A stretch of 64,000 nt of DNA from the human T2T-CHM13v2.0 reference genome, Homo sapiens. The DNA lies in NCBI RefSeq assembly GCF_009914755.1, contig NC_060925.1; one strand, written 5' to 3'. The notes under the pieces were generated by a model, which ran no database searches, was not told where the DNA came from, and worked only from the letters and a program-made list of their open reading frames with translations. The translations under genes were made by a program, and so were the position numbers. This document shows, piece after piece, positions 47,835 to 63,366 of the stretch (within the stretch, counting starts at the first letter, position 1; each line of letters opens with the position of its first letter).

Positions 47835-48089
47835 TAATTATTTTAAACAGAGGCTTTCACGGGACTTCCAAAGCGCACCTTGTTCTTTCCGGCTCATTCC
47901 CCCTTCCCCTCTAACCCTTCACTTTCACTTCTCTGACTGGATGCACTGTGCGGAGGACACAGCTAAGGGCTGTGAAAATTCAAGAATAAAGAAAAGTCCT
48001 GCCTTCACGCAGCTCGCACTGTGAGGAGGTTTAATCAGGGATGGTAATTCAAAATAACTCGTGTTTAATCACCAGTGCAGATGGTGTCA

Positions 48090-48260
48090 GTAAACCTGCC
48101 TGGGGCGCTGCTTCCCAACCCCCACCAGGGCCTACGCCCTGCAGCCCACCGGAGGCGTGGCCGGAGGGCAGGCGCCAGGGCGGAAGGCGGGGGTCGTTCT
48201 AATTCCCTGGGGGTAGCTAATGGCCATGCCTGGAGGCGAAGCTTTTCAAAATGACTAACA
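48090..48260 (+). promoter_or_regulatory. GC-rich promoter remnant at the expected SEC22B 5' end (GC boxes, ETS-like CGGAAG)
   Basis: Short CpG/GC-rich patch (GGAGGCGTGGCCGG, GGGCGGAAGGCGGGGG) ~7.1 kb upstream of exon 2; no exon-1 coding sequence found. Confidence 0.5.
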
Positions 48261-49999
48261 TGGAAAACCGCCAAAGACAATGGAATCTGGCAGAACTGTG
48301 GGGAGCAGGAATCTTAAGCGTTTGCATGTTGTTGGGGTAGAAGGGGCTCAAGAAGGGGATGCTCAGGGCAATAGCTTTTTTACTAATCTGTAAGAAAATG
48401 TTCCAGTATTTTAATAGCTGGTACAGCCATACTGATGCATACAGTCCAGATCGATAGATATTGGTCCAGATACAGTGGCACCTGTTAAAAGTTCAGTACA
48501 TCACATTCTTTCAGGATTATCCCCAGTTCCCACCTTCTCCAATACGCCGTACCACATTCCTGCAATACATTGTAACTTATTTTTTTCTTTGTCTTTCAAT
48601 AACTTGAGTTTCCTAGCGGGCAAACGACGGGTCTTAATCATCTCTTTGTTATCCATACCTTTTACGATAGCTGCTTTATGCTGGTAGGTGCTCAAAAGTA
48701 TACTGAATTGATTAAAAACAGCACTAACTCCAGATGTCTTAAAAGAAAGCTGTTTTGTGTTTTAGAAACGCAGTGGAAATTTCTGAAGTAAGACAAGTTT
48801 CTGGAGCAAGCTTGGGAGGTTCTGAAGACAAAGCTGAGAATGGAATTTATATAATTTGTTTAAAGTGATCAATTTTATTTTACTTTTCCATACAGTCTAA
48901 GTAAAACCTTGAGCCTTAAAAAAAGATGAGATATTGAAAAAATAGTTTGCACATTTCTTCTGTTGGACTTTTCATTCATATATTAATGCAAAAAATTTTT
49001 ACTGAGCACATCAAATGTGCCAGGCATAGTGTTAATGCAGGGAGTTAGAGTACACAGTCTCTACCTTTGTGGAGCTTACAGTCTAGTGGAAAAATCAGAT
49101 AACCAACAAACTATTAAAATGTAGTTTAACTGCTAAGGAGAAGGAAGAGGGTTTTGTGCTTGAACATGGAAAATATATCTAAGTTGGTTTTAGGAAATCA
49201 GGAAAGTCTTCCCAGAAGGTATGACACTAAGGTAACAGTAGGATCCAGTAGTAAGGAACTATTATTCTATTTGGTTATATGCCTTTTTAGGTTTGATTTG
49301 GAAATATAGTTACTTTCACTTTTAGGAGAGTGGTGATACAGATAATAAAGTTGCAGGTCATGCTAAGTGAAATATATTCTATTCATTACATAAAAACAAA
49401 GTCTAATCTTTGAAATAAACCGTGAACAATTTAACATACCCCGATTTGCTAATGTGAAATGTTTTTCAGGAATACTCTAGGACCATCCTGCAGAAGGAGT
49501 GTAATTGTTCAAATGAACCTAGGAATATGATTTGAACAAAGTAGATAGTGCAGGGGAATATCCTTGAAGGATGTGTAGTTTGACTAAAAAATAGTTTTCC
49601 TACAGTGGGTGGCTGTGTGTTGGGGGTAGGGGGGATGGAATCTGGTCAATTTTTAAATTATTGCATTGAATTCCAGTGTTAGCAAAGAATACAAAGTGAA
49701 CTTGAAAGTCTACTTAATATTAGTGGCCCCTACTCTCTGCCATGATACTTTATTGAAAAATTAATTGATTTATTGTTTTTTAATTATAAATTTGGTATTG
49801 ATTTCATATTGGTTTATCAAGATGGGATGCTTTGTTTAATTGACAAGGAAAGAAATTTTACACACAAATATTTTTGTGATTGTAGTGCCATAGTATTTTC
49901 CTTTAGGAATTTTGACTTTGAATAATAAAGTTTGCCTAAACTTTTAATGTCTGTAAAGATCTGAATCTTAGGCTTACTTTTACTATTTTAATAGTATAC

Positions 50000-50500
50000 A
50001 GAACATTTATAAAAGCGCCTACTACATACCAAACACTGTGCTAAGCCTATTAAGTTCATTTTTTTATTTAATCCTCATACTACCATATTAGAACAGGTAC
50101 TATTAAAATCTCCAATAATAGATAAGGAAGCTCTGAGGCTTAGAGAGGATAGATCACTTGCCTAAATTCACAGCTAATAAGTGGCATAATGAAATTTTTC
50201 ATCAGGGTTTTTCCCCTTGGCACTGTTGACATTTGGGGATGGATAATTATTTGTTCTTGGGGACTGTTCTGTATATTGTGTAGGAGGTCCAGCAATATTC
50301 CTGGCCTCTACCCTCTAGATGCCAGTAGTACCACTACCCTTCCCCACTTTGTTTGTTTGTATGACGACAAAAATATTTCTAGACATTGCTAAATGTCTCA
50401 TGGGGGCAAAATCACCCCAATTGAGACCCAGTGGTTTTTATTAAGTTTTTGTCGACTCAGACAAAAACTTAATAACCACTGTACTTTAGTGCCTAACCAC
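50000..50500. mobile_element. MIR interrupted by MER20 (~50200-50435)
   Basis: CTTGGCACTGTTGACATTTGGGGATGGATAATT...GGGGGCAAAATCACCCC MER20 core, with MIR pieces on both sides. Confidence 0.75.
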
Positions 50501-52053
50501 TGTACTTTACTGCCTTGTTCTAAGGCCTTTTAATGATGTCTTACCTCTTAGGAGTCCAGGAATAACTTTTTAATAAACAGATATCTCAACCAAACAGTTT
50601 TATATTTAATCACCTTAATTGTCCAGGCCAGATAATTCAATGTATTTTCATTTTTGTATGTTTTTGTTTTCTTATCAGTGTACTTTCAGTATTTACACTG
50701 ATAATAGATATCATATTTTAGGTATTTACTAGGTGCCTGTACAAGCTGCCATATTACCGAAGATGGACAGTTATTCAGATAATACAATAGAGAGTAAAAT
50801 TTACAAAATAATGTAGACAGAGTATTTTATACAGGGTGTTTCCTCTGTGTTTAACTGAAAATTTAGACTTAGGGCAGGAAGAGAGATGAGCTTTTCTTCT
50901 CAAATGTGGACTCCCTAACTGATACCCTGTTTATCTTTTTTCCTCATTCCTTTTATGGCATGTTTCTCCTTTTAGGATTTTTACAATTTCTTTATCTACC
51001 TTTCTGTTCTGCCTCAAAATTATTGTATTTTCTTTCATTTTCCTCTGGCATCGTGAAGGGCAGTCCAGACTTGAAGAAAGTGTTAGATCTCACCAAATAG
51101 GCAGCAGGAAGCTCCAAGAAAGCAGATAGATAACATGTTATACAGTTAAATTGTCTCACGCTCCCAATCACTGAGGGTTGATTAATCCACTTACTGTAAC
51201 TGCTTTTAGAGGAAAGTGGTTGGTTCTTGGTGCTGCTGGTCTTTGACCAGCTGAGTTCAGTGGGTATTGATACCCACTGAACTCAGCTATGAAAATGATA
51301 AGAGCTATGAAGGCAAAAGTTGTTATTGATACAACTAGTTGTTCAGCAGTCTTAGGTGACAGCAACGAAAAGTATTGCGGTTGTGTGTCAAGTTACTACC
51401 TTCTATCTTTTGTAATATATAGATCCAAATCCTACATTTGCTGTTGGATAACCTCAAATTTGTTTCACAGTTTTTCCAGTTATTCTGATCCACTGCATTA
51501 TTGGATTACTAATAGATATCTCATAATTATATCATATACAAATTTCATTAATCTTTTCTAGATGAAGTAGAAAACACAATGAGGATATCTAAATATTTTT
51601 AGGTGGACTGGCTAACTGTGGGCCCTTTGTGACTTTGATCTTGAAAGCAAACTAAAGGTCAGTATGTAAAACAGTGGTTAGGTTGTTTTGTGAGATCTAG
51701 ATCAGAGCTGCCCCATGGTTTCTTGAGCATTTCCAATGAGTTAGAATTACATAGTAAGACTTCACCTAAAAGGTGGATCTACTATTGAAACAATTTCAAT
51801 TATAGAGTTAGGGTAGCATAATGCTTAGGAGTAGGGGCTCCAGGGCCAGATTGCCTGCATTCAGATCCTAGTTCCTCCCTTTTTAGCTTAGAGGCTAAAA
51901 AGTTTGACTTCTCAAGTAAAAAATTGACATAATAATTCTAATCACCTCATGAAGAATAAACGAGTTAAATAATGTAAAGTGTTCAGAACAGTGGCTGGCA
52001 GAAAGTGAACACTTAATAATTTCATTTGATCATTTCTGAAGAATCTTTTCTAA

Positions 52054-52364
<311 letters not shown>

Positions 52365-54060
52365 CTCATCTTGCCTTTCTTAAAGGTTCACAGATCAGAA
52401 CTGCATATAATCGATACACTGGATGCAAATATGTAATGAATGAATGATTTTTCACATTACAAAATTAATTTGTGCGTATTATAGAAAGTTCAGTAAATAC
52501 ATAAAAGCAAAATGACCAAAATGTTAACAGTGTTTATTAACTATAATCTGTACTCAAATTATATCCATTTTGGTGGATGACCTTAAACATATGTATGTGT
52601 GTATAACATTAAATAATAGGTAATACCGTAAGACTGTTTCACCTAATTTTTTCCACTTAACAGTGTTTAATGAATATTTTCTCATATCATTAAACTCTAT
52701 ACAGCATTGTTTTAATGGCTGCATAGTATTCCATTGTATGAATATGCCAGAAAGATTATTATTTAACCATGAAGATTGTGCTAGCATTGTGTTCTCAAGG
52801 ATGGTAATGCTAACTGAACCAGCATGGTAAGGTGTTGGTTGGCATACCATAATCCCTATAAATACATCCCCAGTGTTGTATATTGGCAGTCTTTACATTG
52901 CTGTTTGCAAATTCCTGAAATTGCAGAATGCTTTTGGCCAGTTTCTTATAGTTGATACAGTTGTTAGTCTTTTTCTCAGGTTACAGTAGTGTTTACAGTG
53001 CCTCTTGTAAAGTCAAAGGATTTGTACCAATCTGAGTGGCAATTTTTTCCATGTTTCTTCAACTAGTCCTTTTAAGATTCTCACCTGCCTTTAGCAAAGA
53101 ACATATATTTAACACCTGTGGTTGCAGTTATGTAAAAAATACCGATGTCACAGCCCCACCTCCAAGATGCTGACTTAATTGGTTTGGTGGTGGAGACTGG
53201 GCATAAGTAGTTTTGTTTTTGAGATTTCCCCAAATGATTCTATTGTGAAGCCAAGGTTGAAAATCACCGATCTATGTTGATATTCTTTCTTGGCACTTGA
53301 GTAGCATTCCCAACATTATTTGCATGCTTTTTATCTACTCTTGTGGGTTCAGATCTCTTCAGAATGGCACTGGGGAAACAAAAAGATTGGTAAGTACCAT
53401 TCAAATTTAGGAAAATAGAATATTGGGCACTAGTTCTTATTGGCTAAAAGCATATGACAGTATTCACTCTTACTGGCTGGCCATATATTAGTAGTACTGT
53501 TTAATATGATAATTTTGATATAATTATTATAAAGTACTGTTTAATATATAAAACTGTACATACATACAGACATACATATGTTAATATAGAACTATTTCTC
53601 AAATATATAACAAATATATGTCAATAAAACAAATAATTGCCATAACAGTGGTATTAAACAAGATAAATCTACAAACTAATACCTCGACTGGACTCTGCCT
53701 ATCTCCCCTGGTTCACCTCATGCTTATTCACCTTCTTATTCATACTGAAATTTCCAGTTCACCATTTTTACATATAGCTTAGAATCTTATTATCCTGTAA
53801 TTGTACATTTGCTGATCTGCCACGTTATCATTTTATTGTTGCTTCCTTGTTTTTATTATCAGCTTAGCAGTACACTATCTACAATTTTAAGATATCACTT
53901 TGTACTTTATCAAAGTTAGACCTCAGATCCTGGGAGACCCTAGCATAAATACTTTTCTACTTAAATATTTAGTTATTAAACATCTGCCAAAGGGAGGCTA
54001 TTCTTTCTATGTAAAATAAATAATTCCAAAATAGGATTATTTCTTTGCATCACATGGCAG

Positions 54061-54412
54061 TGTCCTAGTCTGGGTTACTATACAAAATACCATAAATTGG
54101 GTGGCTTATAAATGACAGAAATTGATTTTTCTAGTTCTGCAAGGTGAAGATCAAGCACCAGCAGATTTGGTGACTATTGAGGGCCTATTCCTGGTTCATA
54201 GATGTCACCTTCTGGCTGTTTCCTCACATGGTGGATGGAGCAAGCTAGCCCTCTGGGGTCTCTTTTATAAAGGTACTAGTCGCATTCATGAGGGCTCTAC
54301 CCTCATGACTTAATCACCTCCCAAAGGTCCCACTTCTTAATACCATCACTTTGGGGGGTTAGGATTTCAACATGAATTTTGTGGGGGATACCAGCAAACA
54401 TTCAGACTATAG
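54061..54412 (-). mobile_element. MLT1A-like solo LTR
   Basis: TGTCCTAGTC...AAAATACCATAAATTGGGTGGCTTATAAA...TAATCACCTCCCAAAGG...CAGACTATAGC. Confidence 0.8.
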
Positions 54413-55304
54413 CTGGGTAGCTGGCAGAAAGCTCCCCTACCCCACATGTGGATGGAAAAACAATGTCTATTTGCTTCCCATTCTTCAGGCACTTCCTTTC
54501 CCTGTTGGATCTAGTAGATTGGAGATGCATGGTTTTCTTCTTTTGAAATGACACTGCTGGTTTTTCCAGTAGATTTGCCCCCTCTTTTTAACAAAAATAA
54601 TTGTAAAAGCAGTTAGAAATTGTTCAGGAAAATATTACCTGTAATTATAACATGTGAATGCTATTATTTTCATTTTTGTCTGCATATATCCCTCGATATT
54701 CAAACTTTTGCTGTCCAAACTTGGGAACCAAATAGATTTCTTCAGTAAAGGGTATCTGACATCCTAATCTTTGTCTCTACCCTTGGTCATTTTTATGTAA
54801 TTGCAGTCAAAGTGTTCATAATAATTTGCAGTCACTAGTACACACATTTAGTTTTGTTTAAATGCTAAAAACTGTAACACTTGTGGAAGGTTCTGCTGGA
54901 TATTCCAACATAAAAATGAAATTCACCAATCTTGTTCCTAGGATATTCCCCTGAGTATAGCACATGCTGTGTAGTTCTGTGCCAATAACTGCAAATGAAA
55001 TGGGTTAGGAGGAGAGTACTGTCCTAATAGTGGAAAGAAGACTGGATTGAAAGTTAAGAGTGCTTAAGTGTATTTGAGGTATATGCTTTTGCTTCTTAGC
55101 AAATAACTAATGCGATCATCTTGAAGAAGTAGGGGTTAGGTCTTCCTCTGTACTCTGAAAGTAGGTTGTCTTTCCTCCGTTAAAATGAATCTTACTTACC
55201 TGTAAATGAAGGACCTCATTCAGAGTGTCCTCATAATATGGTGCTTCTCACTAATTGATACAGCATTTTGTGGAAAATTCTTAAATGAAGATGTCTTCTT
55301 TCAG

Positions 55305-55414
55305 TCTGGCCGGGACCTTCAACAGTATCAGAGTCAGGCTAAGTAACTCTTTCGAAAGTTGAATGAACAGTCCCCTACCAGATGTACCTTGGAAGCAGGA
55401 GCCATGACTTTTCA
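55305..55414 (+). pseudogene. SEC22B: SEC22B paralog exon 2 with premature stop (Q39*, TAA at 55344-55346)
   Basis: Boundaries tcttctttcag|TCTGGC...TTTCA|gtgagt; translates [35 protein letters not shown](H), SEC22B longin residues 26-62. Confidence 0.95.
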
Positions 55415-57303
55415 GTGAGTGTAATCTTGATTTCTTTATGATCATTTAAGTGTGAAATACAGTAACAGAATGCCTGATAAAAAATAATAATTTTTAAAAA
55501 GTAAAGATTACTTAAAAATGTTGTCTTTTGGGAGGAGCAACTTCTCTGGCTCTAATTCTACAAAATGGACATCTTGTTGGTTTTTTCAGCATGCTTACAG
55601 TAATTTAACCTGTTAACATGTGTCTATGCTGTGCCCATCATGCAATAATAGATAACTTCTTGCTTTAGGACTGTCTTGGAGCCAGATATGTGTAGGTTAG
55701 TACCCTTGCTCAAACATTTCCTAACAGTGTAACTTTGAGCAGCTCACATAACTTCTCTAAGCCTCAGTTTCCTCTATAAAGTAGTGAAAATAAACATAGG
55801 AGGTTTGAGAGGATTGTGAGGGAATCCGTGTGTATTACTTAGCATCTTGTCTGACACACATGGGAAGGGTCAATAATTATTAGTTATTATTATTTTGAAA
55901 AAAGAAAATTATAAAAGATAAGAGCATCTTAATCAGTGGTTATAAACGATACAGCTGATAGAGGACTCAAAGGAACATTATTGGATTTTAAATTATCTAC
56001 AAATAATTGGTATTTAATGTTTAATACATGCCAAGTTTGAAGCTGACAAAATGGGAAGGATTAAAAAGGAAAAGAGTACAAGAGCATCAGAGGAAAATAA
56101 AAACGGATTAGTTAAATAATCTTTGCTATTCTAGGGACTTAGATAGTAAGATAACTTAGGCCAGGGAGGAAGCTGCTATGTTTACTTTTAAAAAACAAAA
56201 CAAAAATTCTCTACCTATAAAAGACAAGTAAAAAGTACATCAAAACAAAAATAAAACCCTAGGCAATTGGCTAAGAAAATGTTGGACATTATGTTTTATG
56301 ATGTATTAATTTTTATAATATCTGAAATATTTTCTAGAACTCTAATTTTCAACACCAAAAATAGTCACTCACTTAATATCTAGTATCCTCATTTTCACCA
56401 TGGTTTAGAGAACCAAGACCTAGGAAAGTTCTCATGGAATTGAGAAGAGATTTTCTTCTGCCTGATTCCTTTAGGACATTCATAATCTCATATCATCCTT
56501 TATTTCCATCCAAGAGCTATTAAGGGTTTATTCTTTGCCGGACCTTATATTGAGTCCTGCATTTAATGTCCATACCTTTTAACACTGTTCTCTTAGTACA
56601 GAGAGAGACATATACTCAAACAAGTATACTATAATATCTTCATTGAAAAGATGTTGTAAATTAGATTTAAATGAAATGTTTTGGGAACAGAGAGAAGGAA
56701 GGAACAAATTCCCATTTGTAGGGGGTAAGTTTGAAGAAACGGGACAGAGGAGGGGAGTATATTTAAAGAAGTTTCACAGAAAAAATTATGGTAGAATTGA
56801 ACATATGGAAATGAACAGGATTTCTCCAGGTATTTAAAAGAGCATTAATGGTTAGAAAAAACAATATAAGCAGAAGTCCACAAATATGTAAAGAACCTAG
56901 CATGTTGGAAAACAGTCCGCCATTTGGTTTATTAAAATATATGATAGAATGTTGCTTACACTTGTTTTGAAAGGCTGTAAATATAATACCATGGAGTATG
57001 ATTTTATTTTGTAGGTATTAGGGAACCCTTAGAGTTTGTAAGCAGGGTAATATGGTCATCTGTAGTCTCTGGGAATAAAACTGATGGTATAGAAGATGGT
57101 GTAGACTAAAAGCAAAGAGACCAGTTAACTCAGGTGCCCAAGCAAGGAATAAGACAGCTGTATTATTAATATTATTTTAAGGGACCTGAGAGATCATATA
57201 ATAGTCTTTATCCTTTATGGAGCCCTAGGATGCCTCAGGAGCCACATAGAAAGGGCAAGGATGGGAGTATATATAATGCTTTGGGCCCCTAAACTCCTCC
57301 TTA

Positions 57304-57825
57304 TGTTTTAAATTTTTTCCTTTTATTTTCAGTTGACATGTAATAATTATACATATTTATGGGATACAGAGTGATATTTCAATACATGTATACAATGTGT
57401 AATCAAATCAGAGTAATTAGCATATTCATCACCTCAAACATTTATCATTTCTTTGTGTTGTGAACATTCAAAATCTTGTAGCTTTTTGAAAATACGTGGT
57501 AAGTTATAGCTAGCCATATTTACCCTACAGTTCTGCAGAACACCAGAACTCATTCTTCCTATCCAGTTGTAATTTTTTATCCATTAACTTGCCTCTGCCC
57601 ATCCTCCCCTTCTCTCTACCTTTCCCTACTTCTAATACCCACAATTCTACTCTCTACTTCCATGAGCTCAAAAATTTTTTTTGGCTCCTACATATGAATG
57701 AGAACATGCCATATTTATCTTTCTGTGCATGACTGATTTTATTTAACGTAATGTCCTCCAGATTTATCCATGTTGCTGCTAATGATAGAAATTCATTCTT
57801 TTTTATGGCTGAATAGTATTCCATG

Positions 57826-57859
<34 letters not shown>

Positions 57860-58640
57860 CACTTTTAAAATCCATTATTCTCTTGATGGACATTTCTCTT
57901 GATTATCTATCCATAGATATTATGAATGGTGCTGCCGTAAACATGGGGGTACAGATAAGTTTTTAACATAATGAGTTTTTTTCCTTTGGAGAAATACCCA
58001 GCAGTGGGATTGCTAGATTGTATGGTAGTTCTGTTTTTAGTTTTTTGAGAAACCTCCATACTGTTTTCCATAGTGTATAAAAGTTCTCTTTTCTCTTCAT
58101 CCTCAACAGCATTTATTGACTTTTGTCTTTTTAATAGACATTTTAACTGGGGTGAAATAATATGTCGTTGTGGTTTTTATTTGCATTTACCTGAAGATTA
58201 GTGATGTTGAGCATTTTTTCATATACTTGGCCATTCGCATGTCTTTTGAGAAATGTCAATTCTGTTCCTTGCCTACTTTTTAATTGAATTATTTTTGGTT
58301 TTGCTGTTGAGTTGTTTGAGTTCCTCGTATGTTCTGGATATTAGTTCCTCATCAGATGAATGAAACTAGATCCCTATCTCATCATATACAAAAATCAACT
58401 TAAAGTAGATTAAAGACTTAAGCATAAGACCCTAAACTATAAAACTACTAGAAGAAAACATAGGGGAAATGCTTCAGGACATGAACCTGGGCGAAGACTT
58501 TATGGAAAAGACTTCAAAGCATAGGCAACAGAAAAGAAAGTAGACAAATGGGACTGTATTAAACTAAAAGCTTCTGCACAGCAAAGGAAACAACACAGTG
58601 AAGAGACAACTTGCACAATGGGAGAAAATATTTGCAAACT
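57304..58640 (-). mobile_element. L1MA-like element with 5' inversion (twin-priming), inserted in a probable old hAT (MER102-like) element
   Basis: Antisense segment 57304-58361 and sense segment 58358-58640; TSD AAACTCCT(C/A)CTTA. Confidence 0.8.
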
Positions 58641-59139
58641 CCTACTTAAACTAAAGAACCTCTGATTTTATCTGATATATACATTGGCCTTCTGAATATA
58701 AGTTTTGCTTGTTATATATACATATTCCATATATAAATATATATATTTGCATGTGTGTGTGTGTATACTATGGCTAAAAAGAAGTTGGAAAACCACTTAG
58801 TAGCCTAACATTTTTCTAAGAATTTCTCAGATGTGTAATCATATAGCCCCTTCCAGAGTGCATGGGCGCTCATCATCACAAAAGAAAGTCAGTTCCATTG
58901 TTGAAAAGTTTCCAGTTGATTACAGAGTCCTCCTGGACTGTAAATTAAGGAGTCTTATTAGTCTTGTACCCAGTAAACATTATGTCATTAACCTTACATT
59001 TCTATCCACAGAAATTTCCAGTTACAGTGTTTTCCTTTGTGGCTGGAAAGAGTTTAAATATGTGTATGCTAGTTTACCATATAGAATCAAAGGGTGGATG
59101 GAGTCACAACTCTGAATTTTTCAGGAAAAAGTCTTAAGT

Positions 59140-59970
59140 ATTAAGCAAAAAACAAATAACCCCATTTAAAAAATGGACAAAAGACATGAGCAGATATTTC
59201 TCAAAACATACTAGAGGCTAGCAAACTAATGAAAAAATGCACATCACTAATTATTGGAGAAATGCAAATCAAAACCACAATAAGATACCATCTCACAACA
59301 GTCACAGGGCTATTATTAAAAAGTCAGAAAACAACAGATGCTGATGAGGCTGTGGAGAAAAAGGAATTGCTTATACACTGTTCGTGGGAATGTAAATTCA
59401 GCCACTGTGGAAAGCAGTTTAGAGATTTTTCAAAGAACTTAAAACAGAACTACCATTAGACCCAGCAAACCCATTAATGGGTTTATATCCAAAAGGAAAC
59501 AAATCTTTCTACCAAAAATCATGCACTTGCATATTCATTGCAGCACTATTCACAATAGCAAAGATATCAACTAGGTACATGTTAGTGGTGGATTGGATAA
59601 AGAAAACGTAGTATATATTCAGTATGGAATACTATGCAGTCATAAAAAGAAATGAAATCATGTCTTTTGCAGCAACATGGATGGAGCTGGAAGTCATTAC
59701 CTAAGTGAATTAATGCAGGAACAGAAAACTAAATACTGTATATTCTCATTTATAAGTTTATAAGCTAAACATTGGGCACTCATGGACATAAATATACTGA
59801 GGACTTACTAGAAGAGGAGGGAAGGAGGGGGCAGGGGTTGAAAAACTATTAGGTAGTATGCTTAGTACTTGGGTGACGGGATTGTTTGTACCCCAAACCT
59901 CGGCATTATGCAATATACCCAGGTAACAAACCCGCACATATACATCCTCAAGCTAAAATAAAAGTTTAAA
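59140..59970 (+). mobile_element. L1PA15-16/L1PB-like 3' end
   Basis: EMQIKTTIRYHLT remnant, 3'UTR and AATAAA terminus. Confidence 0.8.
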
Positions 59971-59995
59971 ATGTTAGTTGAAGAATTGTGTAATG

Positions 59996-60782
<787 letters not shown>

Positions 60783-60900
60783 TCAAAGTATTTAGGCTAG
60801 ATTTTTAAAAAAGTTTGCATGGTACAGAGATTCTGCTTTAAACTGTTGTCAGTGCTATTACTTTACAGACAACTTTGTCTTGCTTTTTATGTCTCACCAG

Positions 60901-61061
60901 CTACATTATTGAGCAGGGGGTGTGTGATTTGGTTTTATGTGAAGCTGCCTTCCCTAAGACGTTGGCTTTTGCCTACCTAGAAGATTTGCACTCAGAATTT
61001 GATGAACAGCATGGAAAGAAGGTGCCCACTGTGTCCCGACCCTATTCCTTTATTGAATTTG
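60901..61061 (+). pseudogene. SEC22B: SEC22B paralog exon 3 (Y71D, K82T vs recalled canonical protein)
   Basis: Boundaries gtctcaccag|CTAC...GAATTTG|gtaagt; translates [53 protein letters not shown]; phase compatible with exon 2. Confidence 0.95.
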
Positions 61062-61959
61062 GTAAGTTTTTGCCCCTCACTTCTCTCTATCAAGGGAGCA
61101 AACAATATGGAGAAGCTATTTGTTACACTGATATAATATTTATACATTTTTTCTGATGTTTACTTGCTGAAGTTTTAGCTTCTGCTTCCTTTTCCATTCC
61201 ACTTCTTTTTGTCTTTTTGAGTGACTAAGGCTTTGTTCTGAAAAGTAATTTTCTCTAGTCTTTTGATCTTTCCCCCATAGAAATTGTTGCCTTTTGCCCT
61301 TTCTGTTATTTGGTTTGATTCTTCTTTAGAGTCACATGTGACAGGAACTTTGCTAAAGATCTACTTGATTGGCATATAATGGCTGAGTTCTTCTTTACCC
61401 CAGTCCACAGACTCACACTCACAATAAGGCTCATTTTATGGAGATCAGAATTGGGAAATCAGAAAGAATGATGTTTTGTTTCTTTTAGTAGAATAAGATC
61501 CTCTAATTAAAAAAACAAAACAGAACAAAGAAATAGAAGATACCTGGTACTCATGGTATTGGGGTATAATATTTACTACATTCAGGAATGGTGAGCATAG
61601 GTGTCTGTATTTGTACAAGAATTATAGAAAGACCAATTACTAATCAGACCTGGTAAAGTATCTGATGGTAAGGGATCAAAGGAAATGTCCTAAGTACAGT
61701 AAGTACAGGGAGTGAGAACAAGTAGGATCAGGCTATATCGCTGCAATTTTTAGTTAAAAGAGAAATTGGTTTTACTGGCTTAGAATTTTTGAAGTGTTTC
61801 AAGTTTGCTAGATAAATGGGTCATCTTGCTTTGGAAAAACACTCTAGTGTTTCATAACTATATACTCTCCAAGTGCTGCTTTATATAATGTCCAGTTTTT
61901 CAAATTTTATTTTTATAGACAGTAATACTCCCATAAACCTCCCTCAAAAAGAAGACAAA

Positions 61960-62440
61960 TGTATCAGGGTCATACAGGAAACAGATGGCACACCCAAATT
62001 AGCTTAAGGGATTATATACAAAGATATGACTAGGCTGTAGGAGAATTACAAGGTACAGTAACCTCTGACCAGTAGCATACTGGTTGTTACCATCCCTAGG
62101 CCTGAATGTATAAGGGGGAGGAGCAGTTTCTGAAACTGAAAAGGAGAAAATTTCTAGAGAAGGCCAACTTGAGAGGAGCGTAACTTTTGGTAGAGGGATA
62201 CTTCCAGAAGAAGGTTATTTCCTTCTCTGAAAGAAGCCAGGGGAATAAATACCCGGACATCACTCACTGTCTGTTCTCCTTCTTCCCTACTGTTGGGGCT
62301 TCTTCATTGCCTGAACCTAACTGGCACAGAGCAAGGAGTCTATTGAGGCGCTTCATCCAAGTCAGCTTCCCAGTGCAGAAAGCAAGGTGCAGGAGGGCAG
62401 AGAGGAGATCTAAAGAGGCAAATGAAAGGGGTACAGCACA
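61960..62440. mobile_element. Old ERVL-type LTR (LTR33-like)
   Basis: TGTATCAGGG...CAGGAAACAGATGGCACAC start; family assignment tentative. Confidence 0.45.
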
Positions 62441-62547
62441 CTTAAATTAAGATTTTTGCCAAAAGTTGAAAATATCTTTAATAATAAGTCGTTCTTCCTA
62501 TAGTTTTGAGAAATACTGATATGAGCAAAAGATGGATGAGACTTCAG

Positions 62548-62869
62548 TTTTTATTTATTTATTTATTTATTTATTTACTTAGAGACAGAGTCTCGCTCTA
62601 TTGCCCAGGCTGGGGTGCAGTGGCATGATTTTGGCTAACTGCAACCTCTGCCTCCTAGGTTCAAGTGATTCTTGTGCCTCAGCCTCCTGAATAGCTGGGA
62701 CTAGAGGTGCACGCTGCCATGACCAGCTAGCTAATTTCGGTAATTTTGGTAGAGATGGGAGTTTTGCCTTGTTGGCCAGGCTGGTCTCGAATTCCTGGCC
62801 TCAAGTGATCCACCCATCTTGGCCTCCCAAAATGCTGGGATTTATACGTGTGAGACACAGTACCTGGCC
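62548..62869 (-). mobile_element. Alu (J/S)
   Basis: TSD GAGACTTCAGTT; (TTTA)n tail. Confidence 0.9.
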
Positions 62870-63366
62870 GAGACTTCAGTTCAGTTTTATATTGGTATTT
62901 TGGAAAACTCCCTATTACATACTTGCTTTACCTGAGGTTTAAGAATGGAATGAAACTGGGAATGTATATTAGAGAAAATAAGGTAAAGTTTCTCAGCTTT
63001 TTAATGATCATGAGCCCTTTTGCCATGTTAGGCTGTAATAATGCTAGAGTGTTACCAGCATCCTTTTAAGGAATGTGTAGAGGTAAGTAACACTTAGCCT
63101 AAGGGTCCTCAGAATACTGTTTGAAAATTTCTGTTTTCAGGAAAGGCTTACTATAGTGGGTCTTAATTTCTCTAAGGATTCTGATAGCAGCCTTAGATAG
63201 CAAATACTTCTAATTTAAAGGTATTCAAAGGACATTTCTCCTGAATGGTCGTCTAATTATACCTTTACATCTTACAAATGAAATAATCAAAGCCTAGATT
63301 TTGATATTCAACCAAGAGTTTGGTTAACCATGGACAGTGGCAAATCCAGGAATAAAGACAGAACTG

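Noticed and set aside
60875-61156. 93-aa ORF as a stand-alone gene
   Set aside because: It is SEC22B exon 3 plus intronic read-through on both sides.
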